64,000 bases of DNA from Isurus oxyrinchus. Lineage: Eukaryota. Below, in pieces: positions 63,222-64,000 of this stretch (the first letter of the stretch is position 1; the number at the start of each line of letters is the position of its first letter). Under the pieces are notes generated by a model. The model ran no database searches. It worked only from the letters and a program-made list of their open reading frames with translations, and was not told the DNA's origin. The translations under genes and the position numbers were made by a program. The stretch is taken from positions 14,012,001 through 14,076,000 of the forward strand of contig JANJGN010000035.1 in assembly GCA_026770705.1 (NCBI GenBank), in the 5' to 3' direction.

Positions 63222-63530
63222 TCTACAGCCCATGATGACCTTCAATAAATCCAGGCAGCGGGTGATCGAGTGTGTCGTCTGGTCCGACTGTCTGTGCATT
63301 TTTGCAGCTACGTTCGCAGCCGGCATCCCTGGAGTGGGAGCTTGCGGTCTCTCCCGCCACAGTCCACGCCTTTCTTGCTCAGTAGGCAACGTGGGAACTA
63401 CTGTGTTTTATTGACACTGTTAAACACATTCAGATTTAATGTTTGTAAATTTCCTCGAAATTCTGTCTTGATTTTCCCTTTAAGAGACTGCCCTTTACTT
63501 TGTCAATTTAGTTTATGTTATCAGAAGATT
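63222..63530 (+). mobile_element. Tx1/L1-clade LINE 3' end (copy B)
   Basis: ORF 63061 'MMTFNKSRQRVIECVVWSDCLCIF' followed after a frameshift by 'SLEWELAVS'. Confidence 0.7.
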
Positions 63531-63575
63531 TACACAGAACTGAAAACAAAACGTAAAATAATTGTCACTTCAGTC

Positions 63576-63744
63576 ATTTAGTAGGACAGAATTTGAGTGC
63601 TGCTGAAATAAGAGACATGTCGAAGATTTTCACCTTGTACTCATCACGCCGGTTGGTAGCCTTGCGAAGTGACCTGATGAGTCCAAATGACATGTTTCAA
63701 CATGTCTCTTTTTTTCATCAACATTCAAAAGGTTATCTACAATT
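63576..63744. mobile_element. Inverted hammerhead-remnant fold-back (copy B)
   Basis: 'ttgagtgctgctgaaataagagacatgtcgaa...tactcatca' / 'ctgatgagt...ttcaacatgtctctttttttcatcaacattcaa'. Confidence 0.75.
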
Positions 63745-64000
63745 TCGGACGTGAATGCCACTGAAATATTTGAGGTGACTATACCCAATAATCAGAGAGC
63801 ATTTCTGAATGCCCATGGTGATGCACTGATAGAATTTGGTGTGCATTTAACTTGTGCTCCACGTTAATCGTATTGTATTAGAAAGGCTGTGATGCACACC
63901 TAGCAGGTCTGTTCTGGAAGGGAAGGTTGGGCGTCCAGGAACGGACTGTTAATTCCATAGGGATAAGAATTCACCGACGCCCAACCTGACAATTTTCCCA

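Larger units (their letters stand above)
35752..64000 (+). repeat. Macro-tandem/segmental duplication, copy B (runs off window end)
   Basis: Same order and orientation of unique and repeat segments as 1..24933, with copy-specific indels; offset ~35.75 kb at the start, ~35.4 kb at the tRNA, ~39.07 kb at the end. Confidence 0.95.

Noticed and set aside
1-64000. Shark immunoglobulin/TCR cluster as the repeated unit
   Set aside because: No Ig-domain ORFs (no WYxQ or YYC motifs in the ORF track), and I saw no heptamer-12/23-nonamer RSS pair.

Overview
Eukaryotic, repeat-rich DNA with no recognisable intact protein-coding gene. The repeat complement (CR1-clade LINEs, a tRNA-headed SINE, Penelope-like ends, a Tx1-type 3' end) looks like a cartilaginous fish (shark); that assignment is inference from recalled repeat families. 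The window covers about 1.7 units of an old, diverged macro-tandem duplication: 1..~24.9 kb is repeated colinearly at ~35.75..64 kb, with an offset of ~35.4-39 kb and roughly 70-80% identity by eye. Each unit holds at least two decayed tRNA-Lys(UUU) genes with homologous upstream flanks, suggesting a fossil higher-order tRNA array. Each unit also carries two adjacent degenerate satellites: a 37-bp unit apparently from an L2 ORF2 motif, and a 43-bp unit made of a Pol III A-box plus a tRNA anticodon stem-loop. These are followed by a Tx1 3' end and a ~170-bp fold-back made of two back-to-back minimal hammerhead-ribozyme remnants. Most listed ORFs are LINE debris or low-complexity artefacts. Repeat boundaries are approximate and were read by eye.
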